From a virus: a stretch of DNA of 64,000 bases. Each line of letters opens with the position of its first letter. The first letter of the stretch is position 1. The stretch spans positions 64,001-128,000 of the IMG/VR virus record IMGVR_UViG_3300032163_000002; one strand, 5' to 3'. This document shows positions 1 to 8,908 of the stretch, piece after piece. Made by a program: the position numbers and the translations under genes. The notes beneath the pieces are model-generated. The model was not told the origin of the DNA, did no database searches, and worked only from the letters and a program-made list of their open reading frames with translations.

Positions 1-127
1 AACCTTCCTTGGTTGTGCCAATAAAAGTTGTGCTATTTTCAGAATCAGGTTCATTAGAAGGTTGAAAACCCTCCTGTGTTCGAAATGACATAGCTGCGTC
101 AGGCCCAATCATGAAAAACCGTTTCAT
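1..127 (-). CDS. hypothetical protein, N-terminal part (runs off the window)
   Basis: ATG at 127 overlaps the TGA of the upstream ORF (ATGA); frame MKRFFMIGPDAA... stays open to position 1. Confidence 0.55.
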   Translation of the reverse strand, partial: MKRFFMIGPDAAMSFRTQEGFQPSNEPDSENSTTFIGTTKEG

Positions 128-528
128 GGCACCCCACCTCTTTCTACTGAAATTTTTACCCGAAGCTTTTTGAGCGCCTCTTCATCTATTTCTATTTCAG
201 GAAATGGTGTGGAATTTTTCGGAACAAATTTACCATTTACTATATCCGCTGGTGCAGCAATAGATTCGCGGAGCTTTTTCGTTTCCTCTGACACGACATA
301 CATTTCTTCTTCTTTAGATATGACTTCAAGAAGCGCTTTTATCGCTTCTTCGCTTTCTCTTATGCGCGCTTCTTCTTCAAGACTTCCTATCCTGCTCCCG
401 GCACGCTCCTCCATAATAGGTGACGTATCTGCCATATTTTTGACTATGAGAACTTCTTTACGACGGTCCAGCACCCCATAATGCCGACGAGAGCCTGAGC
501 TGTAGTCCCGCCGCCAAGGGCCACCCAT
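124..528 (-). CDS. hypothetical protein
   Basis: 134-aa ORF; ATG lies 7 nt downstream of the -10 box at 535-540; an internal start (MADTSP) is possible. Confidence 0.65.
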   Translation of the reverse strand: MGGPWRRDYSSGSRRHYGVLDRRKEVLIVKNMADTSPIMEERAGSRIGSLEEEARIRESEEAIKALLEVISKEEEMYVVSEETKKLRESIAAPADIVNGKFVPKNSTPFPEIEIDEEALKKLRVKISVERGGVP

Positions 529-534
529 ACTCTT

Positions 535-563
535 AACTTACACCTGTAAACTAAAAATGTCAA
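535..563 (-). promoter_or_regulatory. sigma70-type promoter TTGACA-N17-TAAGTT with near-perfect CTTAC-N4-GTAAG palindrome
   Basis: plus strand aacttacacctgtaaactaaaaatgtcaa; member of a 7-copy family. Confidence 0.85.
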
Positions 564-1009
564 GCCCTTTTTTTCGTTCGATTCACTATGGCACACCCCG
601 ACATTAAACGTTCATGAACGTGCCGAACAAATTTCGTGCTGAACTTGTAATGCCCGGACACCTGCTTGTAAATTGTCTCTAAATCCGTGTCTGTCTTCTC
701 TCGGGCTGCTTCGACAGCTAGATAAAGTTGAAGCTCAGTCCAGATTCGATTCCAGACCCGCATGCGGGGAATAACAAATGTCTTGCCACTATACAACGAA
801 AGAAATTGTCGAAAAGTTTCAAGAGTAAACCCAAAACCAGCAAAATCCACAAGCTGTGGGCAAGCAGGAGACGCCAGCGCGATGAAAAGTCGAAGTGCAT
901 CCTTCTCACTAATCTTGCTTGTGAAATATCTTGCAGAAATTTTCGGAAGTGGAGCGAAATCTGTGGCAAGAATTTCAATAGATTCCCTGATCTCCCTCTT
1001 CAATGTCAC
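560..1009 (-). CDS. Mor/C-like transcription activator (putative)
   Basis: YSGKTFVIPR resembles the Mor GG-x-x-x-YIP motif, followed by a C-terminal HTH-like segment. Confidence 0.45.
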   Translation of the reverse strand: MTLKREIRESIEILATDFAPLPKISARYFTSKISEKDALRLFIALASPACPQLVDFAGFGFTLETFRQFLSLYSGKTFVIPRMRVWNRIWTELQLYLAVEAAREKTDTDLETIYKQVSGHYKFSTKFVRHVHERLMSGCAIVNRTKKRA

Positions 1010-1782
1010 GGCATTTCTCGATTTTTCAGAAGTTCAGGAACCTGAAGAATCGCATTACGAGCAAGATGCTCTCCGTATTGAATGATGAAAAATGGATCAG
1101 GAGGTTTCCATTGTGATCGAATAAGAGTAGGGGAAGGAAACCGACCTCGTAAACGTTGAAAAGCAGAAAAACGAACAGCCTCTCCCCACGGAGTCAACGC
1201 GTAAATATTCAAAGAATCCACCGCTTTTACGACCGCTGTCGGAAATGATTCCTCAAGAAACATCTCCTGCATCATCGGATCGGAGTTGTTAACTTCGTGA
1301 GGCTCTACCGCATCATCATCAGAGACATCTTCTTCACTAAGCGAAAGCGCCACACGCATCAAATGCTCTTCTTCCGGAAAGTCACCCTCATCATCTTCAC
1401 TTTGTGCGGTCCCATAAGACAAAAGAGAACCTTTTTTCAACCGAGCAAGCTCGCGGAACATAGAATATTTTGCCACAGAGTAAAGCACACGAAAAAGTAT
1501 ATCAGGACTAAGCGTATCCGTGAGGATAGCCAATTTTTTTGCGCTTCGATGAAACTCAAGAAGTGCCGCTTGCTCCAAATCCTCACGATCAGGAGAATTC
1601 CGCATACTTGCAAACTGGACAACGAAGACAGCTTTCGTCAAGTCGATAGCCGCGTGTATCCATACCTCGCTACGTTTGACTGAACGTGGAGCTTTTCGTA
1701 AATCCTGAAGAGCGTAAAATAACGTCAAGTTCCGAGTGCTAGCTACTGAAACCGCTCTGGACCTATTCACGCTCACGGGCAA
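1006..1782 (-). CDS. sigma-factor-like protein (region 2-like)
   Basis: DREDLEQAALLEF...LYSVAKYSMFRELAR resembles sigma70 region 2; acidic linker follows. Confidence 0.45.
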   Translation of the reverse strand: MPVSVNRSRAVSVASTRNLTLFYALQDLRKAPRSVKRSEVWIHAAIDLTKAVFVVQFASMRNSPDREDLEQAALLEFHRSAKKLAILTDTLSPDILFRVLYSVAKYSMFRELARLKKGSLLSYGTAQSEDDEGDFPEEEHLMRVALSLSEEDVSDDDAVEPHEVNNSDPMMQEMFLEESFPTAVVKAVDSLNIYALTPWGEAVRFSAFQRLRGRFPSPTLIRSQWKPPDPFFIIQYGEHLARNAILQVPELLKNREMP

Positions 1783-1793
1783 CCTCCACTATG

Positions 1794-1830
1794 AAAAAAG
1801 AGGGGCGTGGAGCAATATACTCCTCACCCC
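1794..1830 (-). terminator. intrinsic terminator downstream of the AT-hook gene
   Basis: minus-strand imperfect hairpin GGGGTGAGGAG-N7-CTCCACGCCCC followed by TCTTTTTT. Confidence 0.7.
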
Positions 1831-1854
1831 CCCCTTCCCGCAAGGGAAAGCACC

Positions 1855-2523
1855 TTAGAGAATCGCAGCCGCGCCAAGCACCGGAGGAAGGCCCTCACCA
1901 CCAAGCTTGAGGGACAGCACTTCGGCGTCAGTAACCGGAATGTCCCCCGGAATCTCCGGGACAACCGGAAGCCCCGTAGCCACCTTGATCGCACGAGCGG
2001 CTTCAGTTTCCGACGTGATCTTCCGAGGGCGCCCCCGACCGCGCTTGATCGGAATACCGTCCGACCCGAGTGTGACAGGCTTCGGGGGACGGCCACGACC
2101 GCGCTTGATCGGAATACCGTCCGGCCCGAGTGTGACAGGCTTCGGGGGACGGCCACGACCGCGCTTGACTGGGGCGCCAGCCACGACAGGCTTCGGGGGA
2201 CGGCCACGACCGCGCTTGACGGGGGCGCCAGCCACGACAGGCTTCGGGGGACGGCCACGACCGCGCTTGACGGGGGCGCCAGCCACGACCGGTAATGCAG
2301 ACACAGCCGCCGCAGGAGAAGAACCTGCAACAGCGGGAGTCTGCTGCCCCTGAGCGTACTTGTGGAGCGAAATGAACTCAGTTTGCGCCGCCGTCAGTGG
2401 ATGAACTCCACCAGAGATCCGACGCGCGATGTTCGAAAACATGAGGTAGGCGTAAGGGTTTGCCTCCATCGCCTGCGCGATGACATTAGAGGCGGCTTCG
2501 ATAGGGGTCAGGATCTTTTTCAT
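1855..2523 (-). CDS. multi-AT-hook DNA-binding protein (HMGA-like)
   Basis: five KRGRGRP(P/R)K motifs; start reassigned to ATG 2523 (MKKILTP) behind RBS AAAGGAGAG. Confidence 0.85.
   Translation of the reverse strand: MKKILTPIEAASNVIAQAMEANPYAYLMFSNIARRISGGVHPLTAAQTEFISLHKYAQGQQTPAVAGSSPAAAVSALPVVAGAPVKRGRGRPPKPVVAGAPVKRGRGRPPKPVVAGAPVKRGRGRPPKPVTLGPDGIPIKRGRGRPPKPVTLGSDGIPIKRGRGRPRKITSETEAARAIKVATGLPVVPEIPGDIPVTDAEVLSLKLGGEGLPPVLGAAAIL
2020..2290. repeat. intragenic tandem repeats (two ~60-bp and three ~51-bp units) encoding AT-hooks
   Basis: recurring gacaggcttcgggggacggccacgaccgcgcttga. Confidence 0.9.
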
Positions 2524-2525
2524 GA

Positions 2526-2969
2526 TTACTTCTCTCCTTTTCTTTCCAGATTCATGATGTTCGTTACGGTTCCAAATTGAATCCACTTCGGGGCGTTTTC
2601 TCCTTCGGACCAAGAGACTACCATATATTTTCCGGGTTTCAAAATTCCAAGGTAAGATTTCGGGACAGACGCTACCGCTGAAGGCCGAGACTTGCTGTAG
2701 GAAATCCTGTATGAGGTATCGGCAGTGCCGTCCGAGGAAACCAGACGGATGAAGCCGGTATTCTTGTCGTAGAGCCAGATGATGTGACTCGGACGGCCCA
2801 ACGCGGCCAGTGCGTCACGAGTCAAGGTAATCTGCACTCCGTTTCTCGTTATCCTCACGTAAGGCTGCTCAAGCACGGCGTTGAGCGGAACCGGCAACTT
2901 CACAGGACGCCGCCTGCGCGCCCCACGTTTCGGCCCTATCATCACGTTAGAGACTTCCATTTCATTCAT
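2526..2969 (-). CDS. hypothetical protein, possible AbrB/MraZ-like DNA-binding fold
   Basis: VRITRNGVQITLTRDALAALG pattern; basic N-terminus. Confidence 0.4.
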   Translation of the reverse strand: MNEMEVSNVMIGPKRGARRRRPVKLPVPLNAVLEQPYVRITRNGVQITLTRDALAALGRPSHIIWLYDKNTGFIRLVSSDGTADTSYRISYSKSRPSAVASVPKSYLGILKPGKYMVVSWSEGENAPKWIQFGTVTNIMNLERKGEK

Positions 2970-2984
2970 CTAAAAGCACTTCCT

Positions 2985-3242
2985 TTAGTCTTTGACCCTG
3001 CTCTGCCATTCTTCCTTTACCGCAGGCAGTAACCGCAGGATGTTCTCACCTTCACTGAGAATGATCTCTTCAAGTCGGGTTCTGGCTTCAACCCGAAGAC
3101 GCTCGAAACAAGCATCCTTTTCCTCCTGCGAGTTATCCGGGGCATCCTCCTCGAACCCCACGTCTGCACGAAAAAATTCGTAGTTACCGAGATTCACCGT
3201 TACCCCTAAACCGACCTTACATCGGGCCATGCGCCCCTCCAC
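2985..3242 (-). CDS. conserved phage hypothetical protein
   Basis: G-x-TVNLGNYE-x-x-R-x-D motif common in small phage proteins. Confidence 0.7.
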   Translation of the reverse strand: MEGRMARCKVGLGVTVNLGNYEFFRADVGFEEDAPDNSQEEKDACFERLRVEARTRLEEIILSEGENILRLLPAVKEEWQSRVKD

Positions 3243-3243
3243 G

Positions 3244-3278
3244 CTTACGAATGTAAGACTTCAAAAAGGAAAAGTCAA
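3244..3278 (-). promoter_or_regulatory. promoter TTGACT-N17-TACATT with CTTAC-N4-GTAAG palindrome shifted 8 bp downstream
   Basis: cttacgaatgtaag at 3244-3257; agtcaa at 3273-3278; GTG start at 3242. Confidence 0.75.
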
Positions 3279-3279
3279 G

Positions 3280-3474
3280 TTAATCTTGCAGCAGTGTTTT
3301 CTTTGAATCGGCGCGCTCTGACGGAGACACCAAAACGGGAGGTTCAACGACAAGATGTGTAGCTGTCAGAGAAATAACCCTATAACCCTTTTTCGTATAG
3401 CTACTTACGAACAGCGTAGCTTCACGAGGATCATCCGGAAGGGTATACACTTCCTGTATCGGTTTCTCAGGCAT
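3280..3474 (-). CDS. hypothetical protein
   Basis: MPEKPIQ start coupled to the upstream stop, with RBS. Confidence 0.6.
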   Translation of the reverse strand: MPEKPIQEVYTLPDDPREATLFVSSYTKKGYRVISLTATHLVVEPPVLVSPSERADSKKTLLQD

Positions 3475-4153
3475 TTTCTTTCTCCTCGCTGGTAATGACC
3501 GGCAGCAAACCGGCATCGGTTGAAGGTGTGTCTACGGGTTCAAGAGCAGGAATCACTTCGGCCTTCCCCAACTCCACGCTATAAGCGATGAGTTCTTCAG
3601 GAGTGAAAAGCTGCTCCACGTCAAGATGAGTACCTGTTGCAATCGTATATCGAGTCACGATATCCACGTTGTCAGGATTCTTCTTCAACCAGTAGACGAG
3701 ACCAGTGACATAACCCCCATAGATATAATGATCCGAATGCTCTTCGTTCCATTGGAGAACGAGCGTCACCCGGTCCCGCAGCGGAACCTCCTTCATCATG
3801 AAGTTCACGGTGTCAAGCACCTGCTTAAACTGAAGCTGCGTATTCGCCGTTTTCTTGTACTTTTCCATATCGAGAAAACCACCAGTAACAAGCTCACGAA
3901 CCAAAGCCTCAAACTTACTATCAAGCTCCCCATTGAAATGCGAAAGAAGCCCAATCCCATTTCCAAGACGTTTGAAATCAGCTACGACATCTCTGCGTTT
4001 TACGTCACCCGCTAACCATTTCTGATATTCCTCCGGTGTACGAAATACCGGAGCACCCTGTTCCAATAACGAAGGCTCATCATATTCCGGAATGGAAGAA
4101 GCCCGTTTCTGACTCCCACTACGATTCTTCGGCATAGTCGTCTTGTTACTCAT
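3467..4153 (-). CDS. hypothetical protein
   Basis: 228-aa ORF with ATGA coupling. Confidence 0.75.
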   Translation of the reverse strand: MSNKTTMPKNRSGSQKRASSIPEYDEPSLLEQGAPVFRTPEEYQKWLAGDVKRRDVVADFKRLGNGIGLLSHFNGELDSKFEALVRELVTGGFLDMEKYKKTANTQLQFKQVLDTVNFMMKEVPLRDRVTLVLQWNEEHSDHYIYGGYVTGLVYWLKKNPDNVDIVTRYTIATGTHLDVEQLFTPEELIAYSVELGKAEVIPALEPVDTPSTDAGLLPVITSEEKENA

Positions 4154-4794
4154 TCAGTTTCTCCCCTTTCTTCCTCTGGAATCTCTTCCGTTTTTTCAGC
4201 TTCAACTTCAGCAATCGCTTCCTCAGCACGGCCAGCAACAGGTAACTTTAATTTTTCCGGAGCAACCTTCGGGAAATAATCACCAAGAAAATCGAGTGTC
4301 GTTTTCAAATGGCTCTCTCGACGTTGTGTAAGCATTAAAAGAAACTGCATCACTGCTTCGTCACGCAACTTCCAATCGCCACGCCCCTTGAGAATGAACG
4401 AATCCTGAATTGGAGCACCTGTTTCATCAAGAGCTTGTTTATAAAACTGAGTCTCAAGAATATCCTGTGCATTGTTCAGCAACCGTCCTGTATTTCGAAG
4501 CTCTAATGCAGCTTCTGTGGCAATCCTCTTCAATTCCTTTCGCGCCAGATGCCTTTCCAATCGTTGTCGCTCAGTCCGCCAGTGTCCAGTCTTCGCCCAT
4601 ACGACAATAGTATTCAAAGGAATTTTAGTTTCCAGTGCAACTTTCCGAAGCGAAAACCCGTTTCTCAAATACAAATTCCTCGCTTTGAGACGAGTCTCGA
4701 ACGGATGAACTTTACGTATCTCCCCCGGCTTCAACTTCGATTCTTCTTCAGACACGGTCAACATTACCCACTTTTCGTCTTTCCACCGCTCCAA
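4150..4794 (-). CDS. HTH protein (terminase small subunit/gpP-like HTH)
   Basis: ARNLYLRNGFSLRKVALETKIPLNTIVVWAKTGHW HTH signature. Confidence 0.5.
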   Translation of the reverse strand: MERWKDEKWVMLTVSEEESKLKPGEIRKVHPFETRLKARNLYLRNGFSLRKVALETKIPLNTIVVWAKTGHWRTERQRLERHLARKELKRIATEAALELRNTGRLLNNAQDILETQFYKQALDETGAPIQDSFILKGRGDWKLRDEAVMQFLLMLTQRRESHLKTTLDFLGDYFPKVAPEKLKLPVAGRAEEAIAEVEAEKTEEIPEEERGETE

Positions 4795-5345
4795 CGAAGA
4801 GTATCATTGAGAGGCAGAATCTTGTCGGCAATACGCCGATACTCGGAATTGAGATCCCCTGCTCGAATGAACGCCACAACCCATAATACCTTCCCGGCTT
4901 CCTTGACCATATTCGCGGTCGGAAGAAGCGCCCCAGCTCCTGAGACAAGAACTACCTTATCATAATAGGCGAGCACTTCCCTCACATCCTGATAAACCGC
5001 ATGAGCCATCGAGGTACGAACGTAGTTGACATGACGAACTTCAGCAGTTTCATTTACCTTCATGGAACAAAAGCTTCGACGAACTTTATATCCGAGTCTC
5101 TTTAGCAGCTCTACGAAGGAATCATCTATGAAACCTGTCTGTTGTTCTGGCGGTATCAAAGATTTTTCCTGTATTTCCGTGGAAGCCACAGGCGTCACGA
5201 TGTAGGCTGTCAATAACGTTTCCTCTCCGGGGTGTGTAACGATCCGTTTTAGCTTAACATAATCCACACGAGCACGCGGATCTCCCGTGGTTCGTATCAA
5301 CCCGTGAAAAATATTTTGAATATCACATACAACGAAGGTTTTCAA
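4764..5345 (-). CDS. NYN (LabA/DUF88, PIN-like) domain protein with degenerate active site
   Basis: FVVCDIQNI, VDYVKL, VVLVSGAGAL, GKVLWVV motifs. Confidence 0.75.
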   Translation of the reverse strand: MKTFVVCDIQNIFHGLIRTTGDPRARVDYVKLKRIVTHPGEETLLTAYIVTPVASTEIQEKSLIPPEQQTGFIDDSFVELLKRLGYKVRRSFCSMKVNETAEVRHVNYVRTSMAHAVYQDVREVLAYYDKVVLVSGAGALLPTANMVKEAGKVLWVVAFIRAGDLNSEYRRIADKILPLNDTLRWSGGKTKSG

Positions 5346-5941
5346 GGAGTCTCCTCCGCATTTTCATGAGCAAAAGTAAGTGCTACCCGATTAAGAAAAG
5401 CTACTGCGAATACTTCAAGTTTCGCAATTCGATACATTCCTACGCGAAGACATAAACATTTTACGTCCCCAAAAGCATCAGTGCTGTTCCAAAGTATAAG
5501 CGGCTCTCGATAATTTTTCATAAGCACCACAACCGGGAGAAGAAGCTTTGGCGCAGTCTTTCTGTCTTGCTCCCCACGCAATTTTTCAGTAGCTTCCTTA
5601 AGCCATTCAAACCCGACCCACTTCATTTCGAGTTCAAGCAGATTATCAAATGTCCATATTTCCCGGTTTTTGACTTCTATGTAAACCGGAAAACGGGCGC
5701 GTACTTCATCAGACATGCGCAAATCAGACCGTTCAATAAAAGCACCAGAATTCGGAGTTCGACACAAAGCCTTGTATTCAACTCCGAGAATTTTCCCAAG
5801 TATCTTGGCAATTTTCAGTTCACCTGATTTCCCCTTCGTCCGAGCCCTACGGCCATGTCCTGCCTTCGTCCGAACCATGACTTTCCCGAAACCTTCACAT
5901 TTAGGACAGGTCTTTTCGGTAAAACTTTCAGCTTCGCTCAT
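5342..5941 (-). CDS. Holliday junction resolvase-like PD-(D/E)xK nuclease
   Basis: KGKSGE...SD(L)...IEVK motifs; N-terminal CxxC. Confidence 0.7.
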   Translation of the reverse strand: MSEAESFTEKTCPKCEGFGKVMVRTKAGHGRRARTKGKSGELKIAKILGKILGVEYKALCRTPNSGAFIERSDLRMSDEVRARFPVYIEVKNREIWTFDNLLELEMKWVGFEWLKEATEKLRGEQDRKTAPKLLLPVVVLMKNYREPLILWNSTDAFGDVKCLCLRVGMYRIAKLEVFAVAFLNRVALTFAHENAEETP

Positions 5942-6150
5942 TCAGCTACCTTAATCCACTCTGCCCCATCCCATTTTACAGTCACCGAAGTCAAAAAAAG
6001 ATCAACCTGAAACTCCGGATCTTTGGAGGGGTTAACCTCCGAGTAAAAAAACATGCACAACTTGCTCTTATCTGCGCGTTCAGCCTGCTTTTCAAAAGAC
6101 AAAGGCACCCATCTACCCTTACACTCGGCAACGAATTCTAGAATAGTCAT
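5938..6150 (-). CDS. hypothetical protein
   Basis: 70-aa ORF coupled on both sides. Confidence 0.6.
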   Translation of the reverse strand: MTILEFVAECKGRWVPLSFEKQAERADKSKLCMFFYSEVNPSKDPEFQVDLFLTSVTVKWDGAEWIKVAE

Positions 6151-6686
6151 GCTGCAATCTCAAGGGCCTTCAAAAATGCTTTCCGAATTGCCCACGCATA
6201 ACTACTAAGCGTAACATGCACGCCACCACAGCACTGTCCACAATGAAGACCAACCTCGTTCATTGATATTTCTTTCACAAGAAGTCTAAACTTTTTCACG
6301 TCAATACGCGCTAATTCTTCATCAGAAAGATTCAACTCTTTCAAAACTTCATTAAGTGCGCGTCTAGGCCAATATGTATCGTAAATCGGAACTGCGGTTT
6401 TACGAAGCCAACACCACATTTCAGTAGCGTCATTAACATTCGGAGCTTCATCGTGACAGCGCGTGCATAACGCAACAATATTATTCACATCATCTGTTCC
6501 ACCAAGTGAAACCGGAACGATATGACACCTCTGAAGTTGAGCTTCATAGCCGCATCTCCAGCAGCGTTCATGTGCCTCAGCCCAATCAACACCAAGCCCT
6601 ACTTCTGTTTGACGGATCTCCCAATAGCGTACGGTTTCCGCCAACCAATCTTTTTTCTTATTCCGTCTTCGAGATAATACTCCCAT
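6147..6686 (-). CDS. HNH endonuclease
   Basis: CWRCG...CHIVPVSLGG...NIVALCTRCH. Confidence 0.85.
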   Translation of the reverse strand: MGVLSRRRNKKKDWLAETVRYWEIRQTEVGLGVDWAEAHERCWRCGYEAQLQRCHIVPVSLGGTDDVNNIVALCTRCHDEAPNVNDATEMWCWLRKTAVPIYDTYWPRRALNEVLKELNLSDEELARIDVKKFRLLVKEISMNEVGLHCGQCCGGVHVTLSSYAWAIRKAFLKALEIAA

Positions 6687-6687
6687 A

Positions 6688-8604
6688 TTAAACTCTAGCT
6701 ACTTCGATGACTTGATCTACAAGAGCACGCGCAGTATTCATGTGAGAAATCAAATACGTCGGTCTGTTCTGTTCCCGCGCTCGTGTCTGAAGATATGTCA
6801 CAGCCCTCATTGTACCCTCTTCATCAAGGGCATCCAGAATTTCATCATAAACACACAAAGAAATTCCACGCTGAGCGCGCATTCCAATAAGATCCTGAAG
6901 AGCAAGAAGAATTGCAAGATCAATTCGTCGCTTCTCCCCACCGGAATTTCCTTCGTAAATTTCCGCCCCACGAGTGTTAATAATATTCACACTCATGCGC
7001 TCCGCTGCCGTCCCTTTTTTCAACATCGTCGTCGCCTGAATTTCAGCACTAAACCCGCCACCTGTCAAGGCATATAAATGATCGTTCACCCGCCGGTTTA
7101 ACTCAGGGAGCAACCCTTCGATGATAAAAGCCTTGATCCCCTTTGATCCAAAAGCGTCACGCCAAAAATCATATATCCCCAATTTTCCTGAAACCTCATC
7201 TAGAGCTTTCTGGACCTCTGCCGTTTTAACTTTCGCCTCCATGAGCTTCTGTTCAACGCTCGCAAGGCTCACCGTATAAGGGTCCACCTCCCTATCAAAT
7301 TTTTCCACCGCACCAAGAGCATTGCTAAAAGCGGTCTCTGCCGTAGCCTTCCACTGCTGCGTCGTCTGATATCGTAGCAAAACCTCCGCAAGTTTTGCTG
7401 AAACATCCGTAAGAGATTTCTGCCGTACGGTCATATCACTTCGCAATTTTTCCAGTTCCGTACTTAATAAACCGTGATCTTCTTTAACCTGCATGATGAG
7501 CCCGTCAAGGTTCTTCTTCTCGTTTCCTTTCGCTATCACTTCAGCAGCAGCTTCGGCGCGCTGCACAGCAATGTGCATCTCCGCTGAACCGTCATGTTTT
7601 ATTTCCTGCCCACAGGTCGGACAAACCTTCATGACCACGGACAGCTCCTCAATTTTCCGCTCCAACGCCCGAATATCGCCGTCAATAACTGCACGATTTG
7701 CAAGAAGCTCCGTAAAATAATCCTTCAATTCCGCCACGGATTGTTCTGTCAAAACAATTTCAGACAATATGTTCTGTGTCTCTGTCGTATCCAATATTTT
7801 CTTGTGTGTGGTCTCCTGAGTCATCAAATCTTTTACAAGAACATTCTGCTCCGTGAGCGTCTTTTTGCACTCCTCCAACGAAACCATTGCCCCGTCAGCC
7901 TGCTCAATAAGAGTTTTTCGAGTCTCCACACGCCCTTGCCGCCATGCTTCCCTAGCCACCTTACCCCCAGCAAGCGTCTGTTGGTGGATTTCCTCCGTTG
8001 TAATAGACAGATTTAAGGTATTCTGATATTCAGACAAAACTCCAGTCAATTCACCATACTTGTTTTCAGCGAGTTTCAATGCGGTGTCATACTCATCCAA
8101 TCCATAAATCCTATCAAAAATGGATTTACGTTCAGCGTCACTCATGTTTCCAGATGCGAAAAAAGCCCCAAGCCCCTGCCCGAAAATAATGGAATTCGTG
8201 AAGGTCCTATAATCCAGTCCAAGCCACTCTTCAACCTTTTTCTGTTGCTCCGCAAGATTCGCGGCTGCGAAAATAGGAAGGCCATCACGCAAAGTATAGA
8301 GTACCTGAGCCGCCACACGAGGCTTCACCCGACGTATCTGATAAGTGCTTCCGTCATCACTATCTTGAACGGTAACGGTTACGTCAGTTGATGCACATTC
8401 TTTATTGATCACATCATTGACGGTCTTTTTTGGGCGGACAGTATCTCCGAATAGACACCACGTAACAGCTTCGCTATACCGACTTGATTTCCCTGCACCG
8501 TTCTTTCCAATGACAAGAGTCAACCCCGGAGCAGTCAAATCCACCGTCTCCGTCCCAATGACGTTCATGAAATCCGCAAGAGTAACCCTTACGAAATGCA
8601 GCAT
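6688..8604 (-). CDS. sbcC: SbcC/Rad50-like SMC ATPase (gp46-like)
   Basis: GKNGAGKS Walker A, CPTCG zinc hook, SGGEKRR signature, YDE Walker B; start reassigned to 8604. Confidence 0.92.
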   Translation of the reverse strand: MLHFVRVTLADFMNVIGTETVDLTAPGLTLVIGKNGAGKSSRYSEAVTWCLFGDTVRPKKTVNDVINKECASTDVTVTVQDSDDGSTYQIRRVKPRVAAQVLYTLRDGLPIFAAANLAEQQKKVEEWLGLDYRTFTNSIIFGQGLGAFFASGNMSDAERKSIFDRIYGLDEYDTALKLAENKYGELTGVLSEYQNTLNLSITTEEIHQQTLAGGKVAREAWRQGRVETRKTLIEQADGAMVSLEECKKTLTEQNVLVKDLMTQETTHKKILDTTETQNILSEIVLTEQSVAELKDYFTELLANRAVIDGDIRALERKIEELSVVMKVCPTCGQEIKHDGSAEMHIAVQRAEAAAEVIAKGNEKKNLDGLIMQVKEDHGLLSTELEKLRSDMTVRQKSLTDVSAKLAEVLLRYQTTQQWKATAETAFSNALGAVEKFDREVDPYTVSLASVEQKLMEAKVKTAEVQKALDEVSGKLGIYDFWRDAFGSKGIKAFIIEGLLPELNRRVNDHLYALTGGGFSAEIQATTMLKKGTAAERMSVNIINTRGAEIYEGNSGGEKRRIDLAILLALQDLIGMRAQRGISLCVYDEILDALDEEGTMRAVTYLQTRAREQNRPTYLISHMNTARALVDQVIEVARV

Positions 8605-8605
8605 T

Positions 8606-8908
8606 TCATACCGCCTGAAGTCCATGCCTAGAAAACTTGGTAGTAGGCTCGACAGCCTTAACCTTATCCTCAAAGATCACACGGGGAGCCGGGCATCCGG
8701 GACCAACAGAATCATCCGTTGTTGAATACATAAGCTGATTTTTCATTGGAGACCAAAAAAGCTCTCCAACTCGCGGAGGTCGAACTTCTCCCGTCGGAAC
8801 ATACCCATCATCTAAAACCCACTTCGGTACAATTTCACCAACAATAACCCACTCAACAGGTTTCTCTTCACCTTCCGCTGTAGTACTTCCTATTTTGAAT
8901 AAGCTCAT
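8606..8908 (-). CDS. hypothetical protein
   Basis: 100-aa ORF between sbcD and sbcC. Confidence 0.6.
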   Translation of the reverse strand: MSLFKIGSTTAEGEEKPVEWVIVGEIVPKWVLDDGYVPTGEVRPPRVGELFWSPMKNQLMYSTTDDSVGPGCPAPRVIFEDKVKAVEPTTKFSRHGLQAV

